NCBI RefSeq assembly: GCF_009914755.1
Contig: NC_060926.1
DNA length: 64,000 bases
Strand: one strand, 5' to 3'
Origin: the human T2T-CHM13v2.0 reference genome, Homo sapiens
Shown here: piece after piece, positions 45,885 to 61,060 of the stretch
Numbering within the stretch: position 1 is the first letter of the stretch
Layout of the letters: each line of letters starts with the position of its first letter
The notes under the pieces: generated by a model
Seen by the model: the letters and a program-made list of their open reading frames with translations, nothing else
Database searches by the model: none
What the model was told of the DNA's origin: nothing
Position numbers and translations under genes: made by a program

Positions 45885-47695
45885 TAATGGATATCTACTT
45901 TGGGCCAGTAGAGTAAGAGGGACCAGAGTTACTTTCCCATCTGAAACAAATAAACAAAAAACAGACAAAGTACATTCAACAGTAGTTCTTGAGATTGTCC
46001 AGACTGTGCTGCGGGGAGGGAGAATCCAACAGGAGCCAGGCCATTTCCCTGAGCTGAGGAGGTGGAGCTGGCAGTCTGGGAAAGCCAAGACACCTAGAGG
46101 TAGCAGGGCACAATACCAGAGAGGATAGCACTACACAGAGAATTGTAGGATATGCAGAGGGTCCCATTCAAGTCTTCAGCTGAGAGCTGATGCGCGCACG
46201 CGGGCATGCGTGTTTGTGTGTACAAATCAAGGCCAGAGAAAACCACCTGAAAAGATAAGAGGGAACCATCTTCAAAGTTCATACAGGGCCAGTTCCTCTT
46301 CCTACCAGCCAGAGTAGAAAACCTCATAATTCAGGGGGTATCAAGTAGAACACTCAGAGATGGTTTGCCTCGGTAGTGGGGCAAAATAAGCCCTAAACTC
46401 TGCTCTTGTCTCATTAGGCACAAGACCTAAAAGAATTAACCTGTTTCCATGTAGCCTAACCACAGCCCAGACAAAGGTCAAAAATATTTAAAAGAAGAGA
46501 AAAAAAATCCAACACCTAATAAGGTAAAATTCACAAGGTCTGGAATCTGATTTTTAAAACTACCAGGTATGCAAAGAAGTAGGAAAATACTACCTGTAAT
46601 GAGGAGAAAAATCAGCCAATCAAAAATTCAGAAATTACACAGGTGATAGAATTAGTAGACAGAGACATTAAAGCAATTATAAATTATAAATTCTGTTTGT
46701 TCAAGAAGCAAGAGGAAGCTTGAATATGTTAAGTAGAGCCTAGAGCCATGGAAGATATAAATAAAACCCAAGTCAAACTTCTGGAGATGAAAACTACAGT
46801 GTCTGAGATTTAAAAAACAAAACAAAACAAAAAAAACCCTAGATGAGATAAACAGCAGATTAGAAATTACAGAAGAAAAAAATAGTGAACTTAAAGATAT
46901 AACAATGGAAACTATCCAAAATGAAATCAGAGAAAAAAGACTGAAAAAAACCTGGTAATTTACTCAAAATTGATCTTATAATTCAATGCAGAATTTCAGC
47001 ATGCTTTTTGGAGAAATTAACAAACTTATCCTAAAATGTATATGAAAATGCAAAGGACCTAGAGTAGCCAAAATAATTTTTAAAAGGAAGAACAAAGTTG
47101 GATATCTACCTAATTTCAAAAATTACCATAAAGTCGCAACAATCAAGACAATGTGGTGCTGGTACAACATAGAGATCACTGGAACAGAATAAAAAGTTCA
47201 GAAGTAAACCCTTACTTTTATGGTCAGTTGAGTTTTGACAGGTCAGATGGCTGCTAATAAGCATCATCCTAAATAAAAAGGAATAGCCTACTGATAAGTG
47301 CTCCAAAGTGGCTGAACCTCAAAAACATTATGCTAAGTGAATGCAAGCCAGACACAGAAGACCATGTATGGCTACATTTACATGAAATTTCCCCCCAAAA
47401 AGCAAATCTTTTAGAGACAGAAAGTAGATCAGAGGTTACCTGGGACTAGGGATGGGAGCAAGGATTGACTACAAACAGGTACAAGGAAGGGAATTTGGGG
47501 AATGATTAGGTGTCTAAACTGGATCGTGGTAATGGCGGCACAACTCTATAAGGGAATTTGGGGAATGATTAGATGTCCAAACTGGATTGTGGTAATGGCG
47601 GCACAACTCTATAAATTTACTAAAAATCATTGCATTATGCAGTTACAGTGTGTCAATTTCATGTTGTATAGATTAAGTCTGAATAAAGCTTAAAA
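45885..47695 (+). mobile_element. Internally deleted L1M (5'UTR, ORF1 and ORF2 remnants, 3'UTR)
   Basis: aacttctggagatgaaaactacag, atgaaaatgcaaaggacctagagtagccaaa and the 3' end tctgaataaagctt. Confidence 0.8.
47488..47613. repeat. 2 x 63-bp tandem duplication in an L1 3'UTR
   Basis: Copies start at 47488 and 47551 and differ at 3 positions. Confidence 0.95.
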
Positions 47696-47761
47696 GGGGG
47701 AAGGAGGGGGGGAAGAGTGGCTAACAAAACTTTCTCATTATTTTTTATTTTCATACATGGC

Positions 47762-48043
47762 TTTTTCTTTTTCTTTTTTTTTTTTGACAGAGCCTTGCTC
47801 TGTCACCCAGGGTGGTGTGCAGTGGTGCGATCTCGTCTCACTGCAACCTCTGCCTCCCAGGTTCAAGCCATTTTCGTGCCTCAGCCTTCCAAGTAGCTGA
47901 GATAACAGGCGTTTTTGTATTTTTAGTAGAGATGGGGTTTCTCATGTTGGCCAGGCTAGTCTCGAACTCCTGACCTCAGGTGATCCACCCACCTCGGCCT
48001 CCCAAAGTGCTGGGATTACAGGCGTGAGCCACAGCACCCGGCC
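47762..48043 (-). mobile_element. Alu with ~20-nt internal deletion
   Basis: TSD acatggctttttctt/acgtggctttttctt. Confidence 0.94.
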
Positions 48044-48077
48044 ACACGTGGCTTTTTCTTAACTATTATTTAATTTA

Positions 48078-48414
<337 letters not shown>

Positions 48415-48759
48415 TCATACATATTTTTACACTTAAAAATTCACATAAGCAAAAAAGAACAGAAATAGATCATATACAATCCTGCTGCACAAATAACGTC
48501 TTAGTGAATGGAAAGCATTATTCCGAGCTTACATTTATTTCATTGGTTTATGCTGAGATTTCTTGCCCTAGTTTAAGATACTAAATTTTTTCCATGCTCT
48601 GTTGAATGCGATATTTGTAAATATATTGCCTGACACAAGACAAGGCAAATAAGAAAGTTATTTGTAAATATATTGTGACAGATCCTTTTGGGTTTTTTCA
48701 TTTATGGGGTTAATAAATTTATAGTGTATCAACATAAATTAATTTGTGTCAATTTACAG

Positions 48760-48934
48760 GAATGGTTCCCCAAGGTGAGGCCAACTTTGCTCCATCTCTA
48801 AGCCCTGGGAGCTCCATGGTGCCGATGCCAATCCCTCCTCCTCAGAGTTCTCTGCTCCAGCAAACTCCACCTGCCTCCGGGTATCAGTCACCAGACATGA
48901 AGGCCTGGCAGCAAGGAGCGATAGGAAACAACAA
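48760..48934 (+). CDS. NCOA1: NCOA1 coding exon I (175 nt, ~aa 1236-1294; AD2)
   Basis: Acceptor caatttacag|GA and donor CAA|gtaagg. Translates (G)MVPQGEANFAPSLSPGSS...DMKAWQQGAIGNN(N). Confidence 0.97.
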
Positions 48935-48984
48935 GTAAGGGGGCAGTTTTTATATATGAGCATCCTTGATACTGTGATAAATCC

Positions 48985-49125
48985 TTGATACTGATAAATG
49001 CTACAGTGGTTGAACCTCAGGAACATTATGTAAAGTGAAAGAAGGCCGGACACAAAAGGCCACATATGGCTACATTTATATGACGTTTCCCCGTTCCCCC
49101 GTTTATGTGTGGAGACAGAAAGCAG
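48985..49125 (+). mobile_element. L1 3'UTR fragment just downstream of exon I
   Basis: tgaacctcaggaacattatgtaaagtgaaagaaggcc...gagacagaaag. Confidence 0.75.
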
Positions 49126-49929
49126 CACATAAGAACAGCCATGCTTTCATGGGCTGATTGTATTCACAGGCTAAGTAGAAGATTATTGGCTACTTCCATT
49201 TGCATAATGGAAAGAACTAAATTTTATATTATCAGCAAAGAAAAATGATTTTTAAATCTTATAAGTATCAAGTCACTTCTAAGGCAAATTTGTGTGCTGA
49301 CAGTACAGAAAAGTGATCTAGGTCCCCAACCTTTCCATCCTAACCTGAGCACACCTGCAGAATATGATGAGCTCACATCAGTAACAGAGCTTCCCTGGGA
49401 CAGACATAGAAATGGGTACTTTTTTAAAAGTTTTTCTTTATAAGAACACTTTAAAATCTTATAAATCTAAAACCAAGAATGGCAAATGTCAGAATTCAAT
49501 AGAGCTGAGTAGTGGGCACACAAGTTTCACTTTTCTCGATGTATTTAAAGACTTTATAACAATAACAAAAGTTTTTAAGGCTTACCCCTTTTAGAATCTC
49601 TAGATTTTTAGTGACCTTGACTCACCCATCTTGCTTAGAATTATCTCACTAAAGCCTTTTTTTTTTTTTCTCCAAATCCTGGCTGCTGAACTTTTCACAC
49701 ATCACTTTGAGTTTTATAAGGATTTTAATTTGGTTGTGTCTTAGTTATAATGACAGGGAAGCTGTCTGATCTGACAACATAATAAGTAAGGCAGTTAAAG
49801 TTGAAAACACAAGACTATATTCTTCTAAAGTTCATTGAAAGGTGAGAGAAAATCTTCATGTTAGAGAACTGTGTAGGTCTCAGTGAGGACCATGTATAAA
49901 TTAGGTAGAAATGGAACCATATCTGTAAT

Positions 49930-51615
49930 ACAAGAGGAATTTAGTCTCCTAATGTATTCTAATCCCAACTTCCTAAACTCACTCTGGATTTTGTGGCCCA
50001 TCATTATAATCACTACCTTACAGGTACTCTGACTCCCTTGCCTATCTCTCCCTCTGTTGCACTTATGCCTGGCAAAATTCTCCCTAATGAAATCCAACTA
50101 AACTCTTACTTTATACCTCCACCTAAGTATTGAAATATGGCTTGGGGAAAAAAAAAAACAGTCATGCTGACATGTCTCAATAACCTATTTCTCTGCTCCC
50201 CTTTACAGTTAAATTCCTTAAAAGATTATACTCTATCCACTTCCCCTACTCCTACTCCTTGTTGAACTAATCAGGCTTTCATTCCCATCATTCCACAGAA
50301 AGTGTCCCTGTCAAGATAGTTAAATGTCCTTTTCAGTGCCAAAAGCAATGCTCATCAGTAGCATTTGACATATTTGAGCATTTATTCTTTCTTGAAGCTC
50401 TTCATTTGGTTTCTAGAACAACTCTCTGTCTTGAGAAAAGTGACTCTCCTCCTATCACTTAGTCTCCTTGAGGATCTTTCTCATCTCCATGACCTCCATT
50501 TGAGGGCCCCAGAGGTGATTCTAGGACCTCTTCGCCATACCCACTCCCTCCTTTGGTTGCATCACCCATCTTACTATTGTCAATGCCTACTGCTATGCTT
50601 GACTCCCAAATTTAAACCTCCAGTGCAGATGGCTTTCCTGAACACCATACTCTATATTCAGCTGCCTAACCAATATCTCCACTTATAAGTCTAATAGGCA
50701 TCTCAAACTTAACATGATGAAAACTAAAGTGATATTTTCACCAGACCTGCTCCTCTGGGTTACTTTTTCCCATTTCAGTAAATGACAATTCCATTTTCCA
50801 CTTGTCCAGAAGAAAAGTCTTTCTCTTTCTCACATCCCACATCCAACACATCAGCAAATCATGTCAGCTTCTTAGCACCTCTCTCTTCTTACCTATTCCA
50901 CATGTGCACCTTAATGCAAGCCACAATCATCTTTTCCCTGGGCCATTCCAGTAGCTTCCTCTCCTGCTTCCACCCTTGCTGCACCATCATTTAATCTCCA
51001 CATGGGTAGCCAGAGCCATGCTTTTAACACATGAGGCAGAGTATGTCCGTCCTTTACGCACAACTCATCCAGTAGCTCCCCATCTTACTCAAAATACAGA
51101 ATAGGGCCCGTAAAACCCCACATCATCTTGTTCCTGGATACCTCTCTGATCCCATCTGTTATTCTCACCGCTCACTCTGCCACAATGGCTTCCTTTTATC
51201 CTTCTGCTCCTCAGATGTGCGAAGTACACTGCAAACTCAGGATGTTTGCATTTTTTAATCTCTCTGCTGGAATGTTCTTCCCTCAGTGGCCACATGGCTT
51301 GTCTCTCACAGTTCAAGTCTTTCCTTAAATGTCACTTTATTAGACACAGACATTAAATGTGACCTTATTACACTTCCCTGACCACCATTTCTGAAATAAT
51401 AGCATTTTCTACCCCTGGCGCCTCCTTTCCATTCTTTACTTTTTTCATAGTGATTAACACTTGACATACTGTGTGATAGTCTATTTATTTGTGATTTTTC
51501 TTCTCCATCTAGAATATGAGCATCATAAGAGCAAGGACTTTATTTTGTATTACTTCTGTTTCTCCATACTCTGGAACAGGGAGGCCCTTCATATACATCT
51601 ATCAAACAAATGAGT
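49930..51615 (+). mobile_element. L2a fragment
   Basis: ctaataggcatctcaaacttaacatg, catttcagtaaatgac and tagaatatgagcatcataagagcaaggact motifs. Confidence 0.8.
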
Positions 51616-52695
51616 ACAAATACTCCCTAAGTCAACATCTTGGATTCAGATTCAAATATGGGTATAGGTTTTCGTTGTATTTTAGTAGTTTTTGCAAACT
51701 TTGACTTTCCAAATCATTTGGGAAAGAAAACAGTTACCACCAACTCTTTAAACACTCACACTTGCTCATTTGGTTCATGTGCAAAAGCTTATTAGTCATC
51801 ATAAGCCTTGTGTATTAGCGTATATCACCTGGAGACAGTGACCACTCACTGTCTCTGTCACACAACACAAGATACCATGAGGAACACTGAAAAACAACCC
51901 CTGCTGCCAAATAACGAAGAGTCTAGTTGGTGAGGGGGCAGGTCAGAGAGAATTAAAACATGAAACAGTCAGAGAACCATTAAGTAGAATGATGTAATAG
52001 AGTTCAGAGGTAGTGTAACATGATTCTTTTTCATTATCTCTCTGGTGGCAAGAGAAAGAAATGGTTAAACAAACCTGTGGGTCCTGGAACTGGGTAGTGC
52101 TTCTGTGTAAGGCTGGTTGATGGGAGAATCCCATTGCTTATTAGCATTTTAAAGGATAAGAAGTCCTGTTGTTTAACCTTTTGTTTCTCAGACTTATTTG
52201 ACCAGGGACTCCCCTGCTTGTTAATACCTGTAATATCTGTGGAACCCACTCTGGGCCAGAGTATTCATCCTTCTCTTTTTCCCATCATTTAGTGACTACC
52301 AAATACCTAGTGCTACCCTGAGAAAACTGTGATAGCTGCTACAAAGCAGGCAGGAAAGCAGAGTGAGGAAGAGGGCCTGTGAATGTTGGACTTTAGGTGT
52401 CAGTGGACCCAGACGTCTTTCTAGGACCTAGGACAGTGATTGCAGCTGCAGAAGAGCTTGGTCTCCTTCCCTTAATGGGAGATGCTAAAATGGAACTATT
52501 GGCAGGAGCAGTTTGAAAGAACTTAAACTAATATACAGTCCCAAATATTAATTTGAAAGGAAATTAAGCTCTAAATTTTTTTCAATAAGTATGACATCAT
52601 TGCAGTCCTTGAAGTTTCCACATGCATTAACTTACATAGCCTTGCTCCTCCGCAGTGGTGACTTATGTATCAATTGACAAATGAGTACTGTCTTA

Positions 52696-53076
<381 letters not shown>

Positions 53077-53911
53077 TCACCTTTAGTTGTAGGATCACTG
53101 CCCCATAAGCATACACACTGTGCAGACATTAATGGTCCACAGGTGTATTACTGACTATTTCCTAGGCATATAATTTTCTGTGGGCATTTTTGTTTTATAA
53201 TTACTTGGGGGAAAATTCTGTACTTTTCTTCAGACATGATAAATAGGCTGTTTATTGGCCTGTCAATTCAGTATGATTACCTTAGTCTACTGGAAACTGT
53301 AAATGTCAGTATATCCTTCTTAACACTAAGAGCTAGCGAGGAATAGATAAACTATTGATGGGGAAAATTATTTTTAAAATCAAATTCTATAGAATTAATA
53401 TTAAAATAGGTGGAATTTTACCAGCAGTTTATTGTTAACAATTAATATATAGTCATAAAATATTTGATGTTTATAGAACTTAGGAAAGACAGAATTAATA
53501 TCATTATCCTTTAGATGTGCATATCTGTATCAATGAAAATTTTCAGGGTTCAAATACAAAGTGTCAAGTTGAATTCCCATGGAGTTTATTGCTTACTATT
53601 CTACTTCCTAATAGAGACTGATTTTACATTTGAGATCTTTGGTGTAACAACAGTCCAGAACTTGGCCATGAAGAAGGAAGTCAGTAAAACAGGCTCTCTG
53701 AAAAACATAACTGCTTATGTATTTTGCTTCCTAGAAAAGACATGAAGCTATGTTGAGGCCTGATAAGACCTTGGAAGTCTTTAAAAGGATTAAATTTGCC
53801 ACCTAAAAACATTTGGTTGTATACATCTGGCTTCCTCTTAATTTGTAGCATATTGAAAGCGACCAGAAGATAAAACCTTGAGAAGTGACAACAAGCTATA
53901 GGATATTGAAT

Positions 53912-54082
53912 AAAGGGTCTCAAATTTTAGTATGCATGAATAGTTAAAGATGGACCTTTCTATACCCACCCCTGGAAAATGTGATTCACCAGGGCTTGAG
54001 TAAAACCTGGGAGTCTCAATTGCCAGTGAGTCCCAGGGTATTCTCTTGTAGATGGTCTCTGCACTACACTTCAAAAAATGTA
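53912..54082. mobile_element. MER5A-like MITE
   Basis: tctcaaattttagtatgcat...gtgattc...cccagggtattct...ctacacttcaaaaaa. Confidence 0.6.
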
Positions 54083-54751
54083 TGCCACTTCACTGGCACA
54101 GATACAGTAAACCATTTAATAGAAAACAATCTGAACTGCACCATTTGACAGCACCGAATAATAATCCATGCCATAATTCATTTATTCATCAGGTATTTAC
54201 TGAGTGCCTGCTATATGTCACATATTAATAGAGATGAGAAATAAGTGGAACAAGATACCATCACTCCCCTGAAGTATTAAGTCTAAGAGGCTCTACAAGC
54301 AAACACAATATAAGGATGCTGTCTTTGAATCATTCATTCGTGTGTTAATTCATTCAGTGAACATTTATTGAAGATATATATATATATGTATATATATGCC
54401 AGACACTTTGCTCAAATAGGACATTCTCTGTTTAGATAGGTAAATGTCAGTTACCTAGAAGATTTACTTACATGGAAAACTTCCTTTCTTAATTATTTAG
54501 ATGATTGTAGCCTAGCATCTCTGATATTGTGCCAGATAATTGTTATTTAAAATGAGCTCTTTTCAGTTATTTAATCCCTTATGTAGACTTCAGAATGTAT
54601 CTGAATTATATTAATTTTTATATATTTTAAGAAGTTACAGTCATACATGCAATTTAAGGATGTAACATATTTTATTTGGAAACAGAATCTAGTCATATAT
54701 CCCCTTGTTCATGATCAGTGGATGTAATCTGGATTGTTTTTGAGTTTACAG

Positions 54752-54935
54752 TGTGTTCAGTCAAGCTGTCCAGAACCAGCCCACGCCTGCACAGCCAGGA
54801 GTATACAACAACATGAGCATCACCGTTTCCATGGCAGGTGGAAATACGAATGTTCAGAACATGAACCCAATGATGGCCCAGATGCAGATGAGCTCTTTGC
54901 AGATGCCAGGAATGAACACTGTGTGCCCTGAGCAG
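54752..54935 (+). CDS. NCOA1: NCOA1 coding exon J (184 nt, ~aa 1294-1355; AD2)
   Basis: Acceptor gagtttacag|T and donor CAG|gtaagt. Translates (N)VFSQAVQNQPTPAQPGVYNNMSITVSMAGG...MNTVCPEQ. Confidence 0.97.
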
Positions 54936-55105
54936 GTAAGTGGCACACTCGCCACACACATGCCACACCACATCACAGTTAATTCTGAGGAAAATCAGGT
55001 ATGTTGACAGTTACTCATCAGAAATAGCCACACTTCTTTATTCTTTCCCACTAACTTTTAATAATTACTGGCTCTTAAGATATACAATGAAAAATTTTGA
55101 CAGAC

Positions 55106-55409
55106 TTTTTTTTTTTTTTTTTTTTTTGAGATGGAGTCTCACTTTGTCACCCAAGCTGGAGTACAGTGGTGCAATTACAGCTCACTGCAGCCTTGACTGC
55201 CCAGGCTCAAGGGATCCTCCCACCTCAGACTCCTAAGTAGCTGGGACTGCAAGCACATGTCACCCTGCCCAGCTAATTTTTTTACTATTTGCAGAAACAA
55301 GGTCTCACTATGTTGCCCAGGCTGGGCTTGAACTCCTGGGCTCAAGCAATCCTCCTATCCCAGCCTCCCAAAGTGCTGGGATTACAGGTGTGAGCCACTA
55401 CTCCTGGCC
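55106..55409 (-). mobile_element. AluJ-like element
   Basis: TSD ttgacagacttt. Confidence 0.94.
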
Positions 55410-55479
55410 TTGACAGACTTTATAAATAAGATTTCAGTTTCATGAGATTTTAGTGTTTTAGATTTATAAAACAGTACAT

Positions 55480-55790
55480 GGCTGGGTGTGGTGGCTTATG
55501 CCTATAATCCGAGCACTTTGGGAGGCCAAGGCAGATGGATCACAAGGTCAGGAGTTCGAGACCAGCCTGGCCAACATGGTGAAACCCTGTCTCTACTAAA
55601 AAAAAAAAAAACAAAAATTAGCTGTGCGTGGTGGCATGCACCTGTAATCCCAGCTCCTTGGGAGGCTGAGGCATGAGAATTGCTTGAACCCAGGAGTTGG
55701 AGGTTGCAGTGAGCTGGTAATTGCGCCACTGCACTCCAGCCTGGGCAACAGAGCAAGACTCCATCTCAAAAAAACAAACAAACAAAAAAA
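55480..55790 (+). mobile_element. Alu (AluSg-like)
   Basis: TSD aaaacagtacat. Confidence 0.95.
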
Positions 55791-56910
55791 CAGTACATGT
55801 AATATATTGTCTTGGAATATTCCATTATATTTTGAAACATTTTCTTCATCTCTACCTTTTAATTCAATAAGCATTTATTCAGTACTTACTGTGTACAAAG
55901 ATAGCCTTGTGGGACATGCATATGTACAAGTTGGGAAAGACACAACATGAACAAAGGATCATTTTAATCATAGGACAAAACTGGTATGTAAGAGATAGGC
56001 CATATGTGTTTCTGTCAGATGAGGAGTGTATGCACAGTTGACTACTGAGGGCTTAAAAGAAAAAAGGCCTGGTCAAAAAAAGGCATTATGAAAAAGTTGC
56101 CTAAACAGAATAGAAAAAGAACATTCAAGATTGGTTATCACAGCATGACCTAGGCAGGATAGGAGTTGAAAGCCTAATTAATGTTAAGGGGATATTTATA
56201 TTTTATTTAGAGAAGAAGTAATGTGGTAAGCTTTTTTGATATGTTGCATGCCATCTAAGTGTGTGGAATTTATCCTGGAGCCTCTTACATATTTTTAGAA
56301 GAGAATGAATAAATTCAAAACAATATTTAAGATTATTGCAATAACTCTCTATAGTTGCTATTCTCATTATTCGTATCAGCAACCACAAAGTATGCTATAG
56401 TAACTAGGCTATTACCATGCAGCCATCATTTATAGGCAATCATAAAAATATATAAACACCAATTACCTTTTTTATCTTCAAATGATACTATATCACCTCA
56501 TGTATAGAGGTGTATATTATATCACCTCTATATCACATGAGGTGATATATGTATGTATAGAGGTATAATATAATGTATAGAGGTATATATAATGTATAGA
56601 ACCTCATTACAATTTATTTCTATTTTGTCCCTCCTGTGCTACTGTTGTCATACATGTTATATTTATATATGTTCTGTTCCCTGCAATTTATTATTTTTTC
56701 TTTAGTCAATTATAAATTATAAATTTATAAATTCTACTTACAAATTTATAAATTAATTATAAACTATAATTGACTATTTAAAGAAAATTTAAATAAAAGC
56801 TTTTTTATATTTACCCACATAGTCACCACTTTAAATTTTCTGCATTCTTTTTGTAGTTCTAAATTTCCATTTGGTATTATTTTCCTTCTGCCTGAGGGTC
56901 TTGCTTTAAC

Positions 56911-57252
<342 letters not shown>

Positions 57253-57509
57253 TAGTGCAGGCCTGCGGCTAATGAGCTTTTCTATGTCTGAAAAAGTCTT
57301 TCACCTTCATCTTTGAATGTTCTTTCCCCTAAACTCTAGCTTGGCAGTTTTAGCTTTCAGTACTTTAAAGATGTTGCTCCACTACAGTGTTGCTGATGAG
57401 ACATCTGCTGTCATTTTATCTTTGTTCTTCCATGTATGATTGATGTTTTTCCCCTCTGGCTGATTTTGATTTTTCTCTCCACCACTGGTTCTAAGTAATT
57501 TGATTATGA

Positions 57510-57925
<416 letters not shown>

Positions 57926-59464
57926 AAATTTTGGAAAATATTGATCATTATTTCTTCAAATAATTTTTGTCACCATCCTTATTCCTCTCCTTCAGAGACT
58001 TCAGTTGCATGTATAGTGCACTTGAAATTGTCTCACATTCACCGATTCTCTAGGTTTGGGGGCTTTCGAGCACTGGGATGAGGTTCAGTTATTTTTTTCT
58101 TTGATTTTAGAACATTTATATTACTGTAGCCTCAGGTTCACTAATTCTTTATTTTGCAATATCTAATCTGTTTATACAGTGTATTTTTCATCTCAGACAT
58201 AGCAGTTTTCATATCTAGCAGTCATATTTGGATCCTTTTTATATCTTCCATATCTCCAACATTTTTTTCATATCTGTTCAGCCTTTCCTCTTATTTCTTA
58301 AACAAATGGAATATGGTTATTATAATTGTCCTGATATTTCTCACCTATCAGTTCTATTATCAGCATCATTTTTGAATTGATTTCAGTTGACTTCCCTTTT
58401 CATTATGCATCATATTTTTCTGCCTCTTTGCATGCCTGGTAATTTTTTATTGGATGCCAGACATGAATTTTACCTTGTTTATATTCCTACAAATATTCTT
58501 GAGCTTTGTTCTAGGAAATGGTTACTTGGAAGTTTGATCCTTGCTTTTTTGTTTACTGCGACCAAAGCAGTATTTTTTCTAGGGCTAATTCTAACCTTAC
58601 CACCAAGGTAAAACCTTTAATATGCTACATGATACTACATGAATTACGATGTTTTCCACTCTGGGGGGTGAAATCAGGGCTTATTCCCAGCCCTGTGGGG
58701 ACTTTGGGAATTGTTCCATGTCATCTATTCAGGTGATTGTTTCCCCTGCATCTATAAGCTGATTAGTACTGAGCTTCAGACTTGAGGGCCACTGCAGATC
58801 TATTCCAGAGCTCTCTCTGATATTCTGCTCTGAGGATTCTAGCTGCATCCCCTTAACTCAGGGAGCCTGCCAGGCGCTGCCTGGATTCCCTTTGTCCATG
58901 ATACAGCCGGAAATACACTCCAGGCAGTAGGCTGGGCGGTTGCCACAGTAGGGACTGCTGAACTGTTAGGGATCACTGTCCTTCGTTGCCTTTGTCTAAT
59001 GTCTTCAGTGCCTTTTTTTCACATATTTTGTCAATTTTTTTAGCTGATTGAGGCAGGAGGATAAGTCTGATCCCTGTTACTAAATCTTGACCAAAGTGTG
59101 AGTCTACCACTAATTAACATATGTATGTGTGAATTAACTTTTTATTAAAGTATCATATATAAGAATATAGAGAAAAGTGTACAACTCAATAGATTTTCAC
59201 AAAGTGAACACACCTGAGTACCACTCAGATCAAGAAACAGAATGTCATCAGTACCCCAGAGGTTCTCCTTGTGTCCCTTACACACTCACTACCCCACAAG
59301 GGGAATGACTATCCTGACTTGTAACAACACAGTTAATTGCTAAGCTTTTCATTTTTGCTGTGCTCCTATTACTTTTCTGTCAGTGAGATTGTTTTTCATT
59401 GGAGAATTTGGTTTTCAGTTTAAACAACTAGCTTGTAATTTGATCTTGTATTTATCTTTAATAG

Positions 59465-59554
59465 ATAAATGATCCCGCACTGAGACACACAGGCCTCTAC
59501 TGCAACCAGCTCTCATCCACTGACCTTCTCAAAACAGAAGCAGATGGAACCCAG
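59465..59554 (+). CDS. NCOA1: NCOA1 coding exon K (90 nt, ~aa 1356-1385; last exon shared by SRC-1a and SRC-1e)
   Basis: Acceptor ctttaatag|ATA and donor CAG|gtcagt. Translates INDPALRHTGLYCNQLSSTDLLKTEADGTQ. Confidence 0.97.
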
Positions 59555-59604
59555 GTCAGTAAGGAAATTCTAAGCCCAGAGCTGTCAAATGTACTCTAGA
59601 TGCA

Positions 59605-59860
59605 CAGAGGTCATTGTGTAGCATCATTAAGAGCCTGACCTTGGGAGTCAGACCTGGGTGTGAGTCCTGGCTCTGCTCTTCTTAGCTGTGTCGTCCTGGG
59701 CATGTTATGGAGCTTTCCTGAGCTGCTGTATAACCACAGAACTAACATGACACCTGCTTATAGGATTGTTGAGAGGATTCAATGAGATCAGTTCAGATGG
59801 CTTAACTCAGTGCTTAGATAGGATAAAGTGATCACAAATGGTGGCCACTAATTGTTATTT
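59605..59860 (+). mobile_element. MIR
   Basis: ggagtcagacctgggtgtgagtcctggctctgc...ggattgttgagaggattcaatgaga. Confidence 0.85.
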
Positions 59861-60035
59861 TGTAAATAAGCACAGTGCTAAAAACTCATCTGTAATCAAA
59901 ATACCTCAGAAGATCTCAGTAATTCAGACAAAACAGAGTACCTGCTGTATACTTCACCTCCTAAGAAGTATGTTTCAAAACAGCACAAACAGCAAGGTGG
60001 CCACTTTCCTATATTAACCTAATTTAGAAATTGTG

Positions 60036-60334
60036 GGCCGGGCGCGGTGGCTCATGCCTGTAATCCCAGCACTTTGGGAGGCCGAGGCGGGCGGATCACA
60101 AGGTCAGGAGATTAAGACCATCCTGGCTAACATGGTGAAACCCTGTCTCTACTAAAAATCCAAAAAATTAGCCGGGCGAGGTGGCGGGTGCCTGTAGTCC
60201 CAGCTACTTGGGAGGCTGAGGCAGGAGAATGGCATGAACCCCGGGGGGCGGAGCCTGCAGTGAGCCGAGATCACGCCACTGCATTCCAGCCTGGGCGACA
60301 GCGAGACTCCATCTCAAAAAAAAAAAAAAAAAAA
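60036..60334 (+). mobile_element. AluY, AluYe-like subfamily
   Basis: ggcgaggtggcggg, gaaccccggggggcggagcctgc and ggcgacagcgagac diagnostics. Confidence 0.9.
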
Positions 60335-60376
60335 TTTTGGAGGAAGGGCTTAATTCACTTTCGTAACTTTGGTTGA

Positions 60377-60698
<322 letters not shown>

Positions 60699-60824
60699 AG
60701 ACTTTAGTCTCTTAATGAACATTTTTAACCCAGGGATTATGCCACAGATGGCAGTAGGAAGACACATAAGATATGTTCCATCAGCATCTGGTGAACTGTG
60801 GGGAGAAGTGAGGAAAGGAAACTT

Positions 60825-61060
60825 CATTTGTGAAATGCTTGTGGTTTGCCAGGCACTGTGCTATGCACTGTATGCATTATCTCATTTAAGCCTCACTATA
60901 ACCCTATGAACGAGGTAGTATTCCTTTTCTTCACAGATGAAGAAACTGAACATGAGGAGGTTTAACTACATGTACCATTCACAGTGCTAGAAAGAGGAAG
61001 AGCTGAGGTTCAAACCCAGGTCTTTCTACCGCCAGAGTCCACACTGTTCCTGCCATACCA
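60825..61060 (-). mobile_element. MIR
   Basis: gccaggcactgtgcta...cacagatgaagaaactga...ttcaaacccaggtct. Confidence 0.85.

Noticed and set aside
47502-47693. ORF with a repeated peptide (MIRC.NWIVVMAAQLYK twice)
   Set aside because: Explained by the 63-bp tandem duplication in an L1 3'UTR.
48770-48780. Consensus-like internal donor AAG|GTGAGG in exon I
   Set aside because: It would leave a 15-nt frameshifting microexon, too close to the acceptor for normal exon definition.
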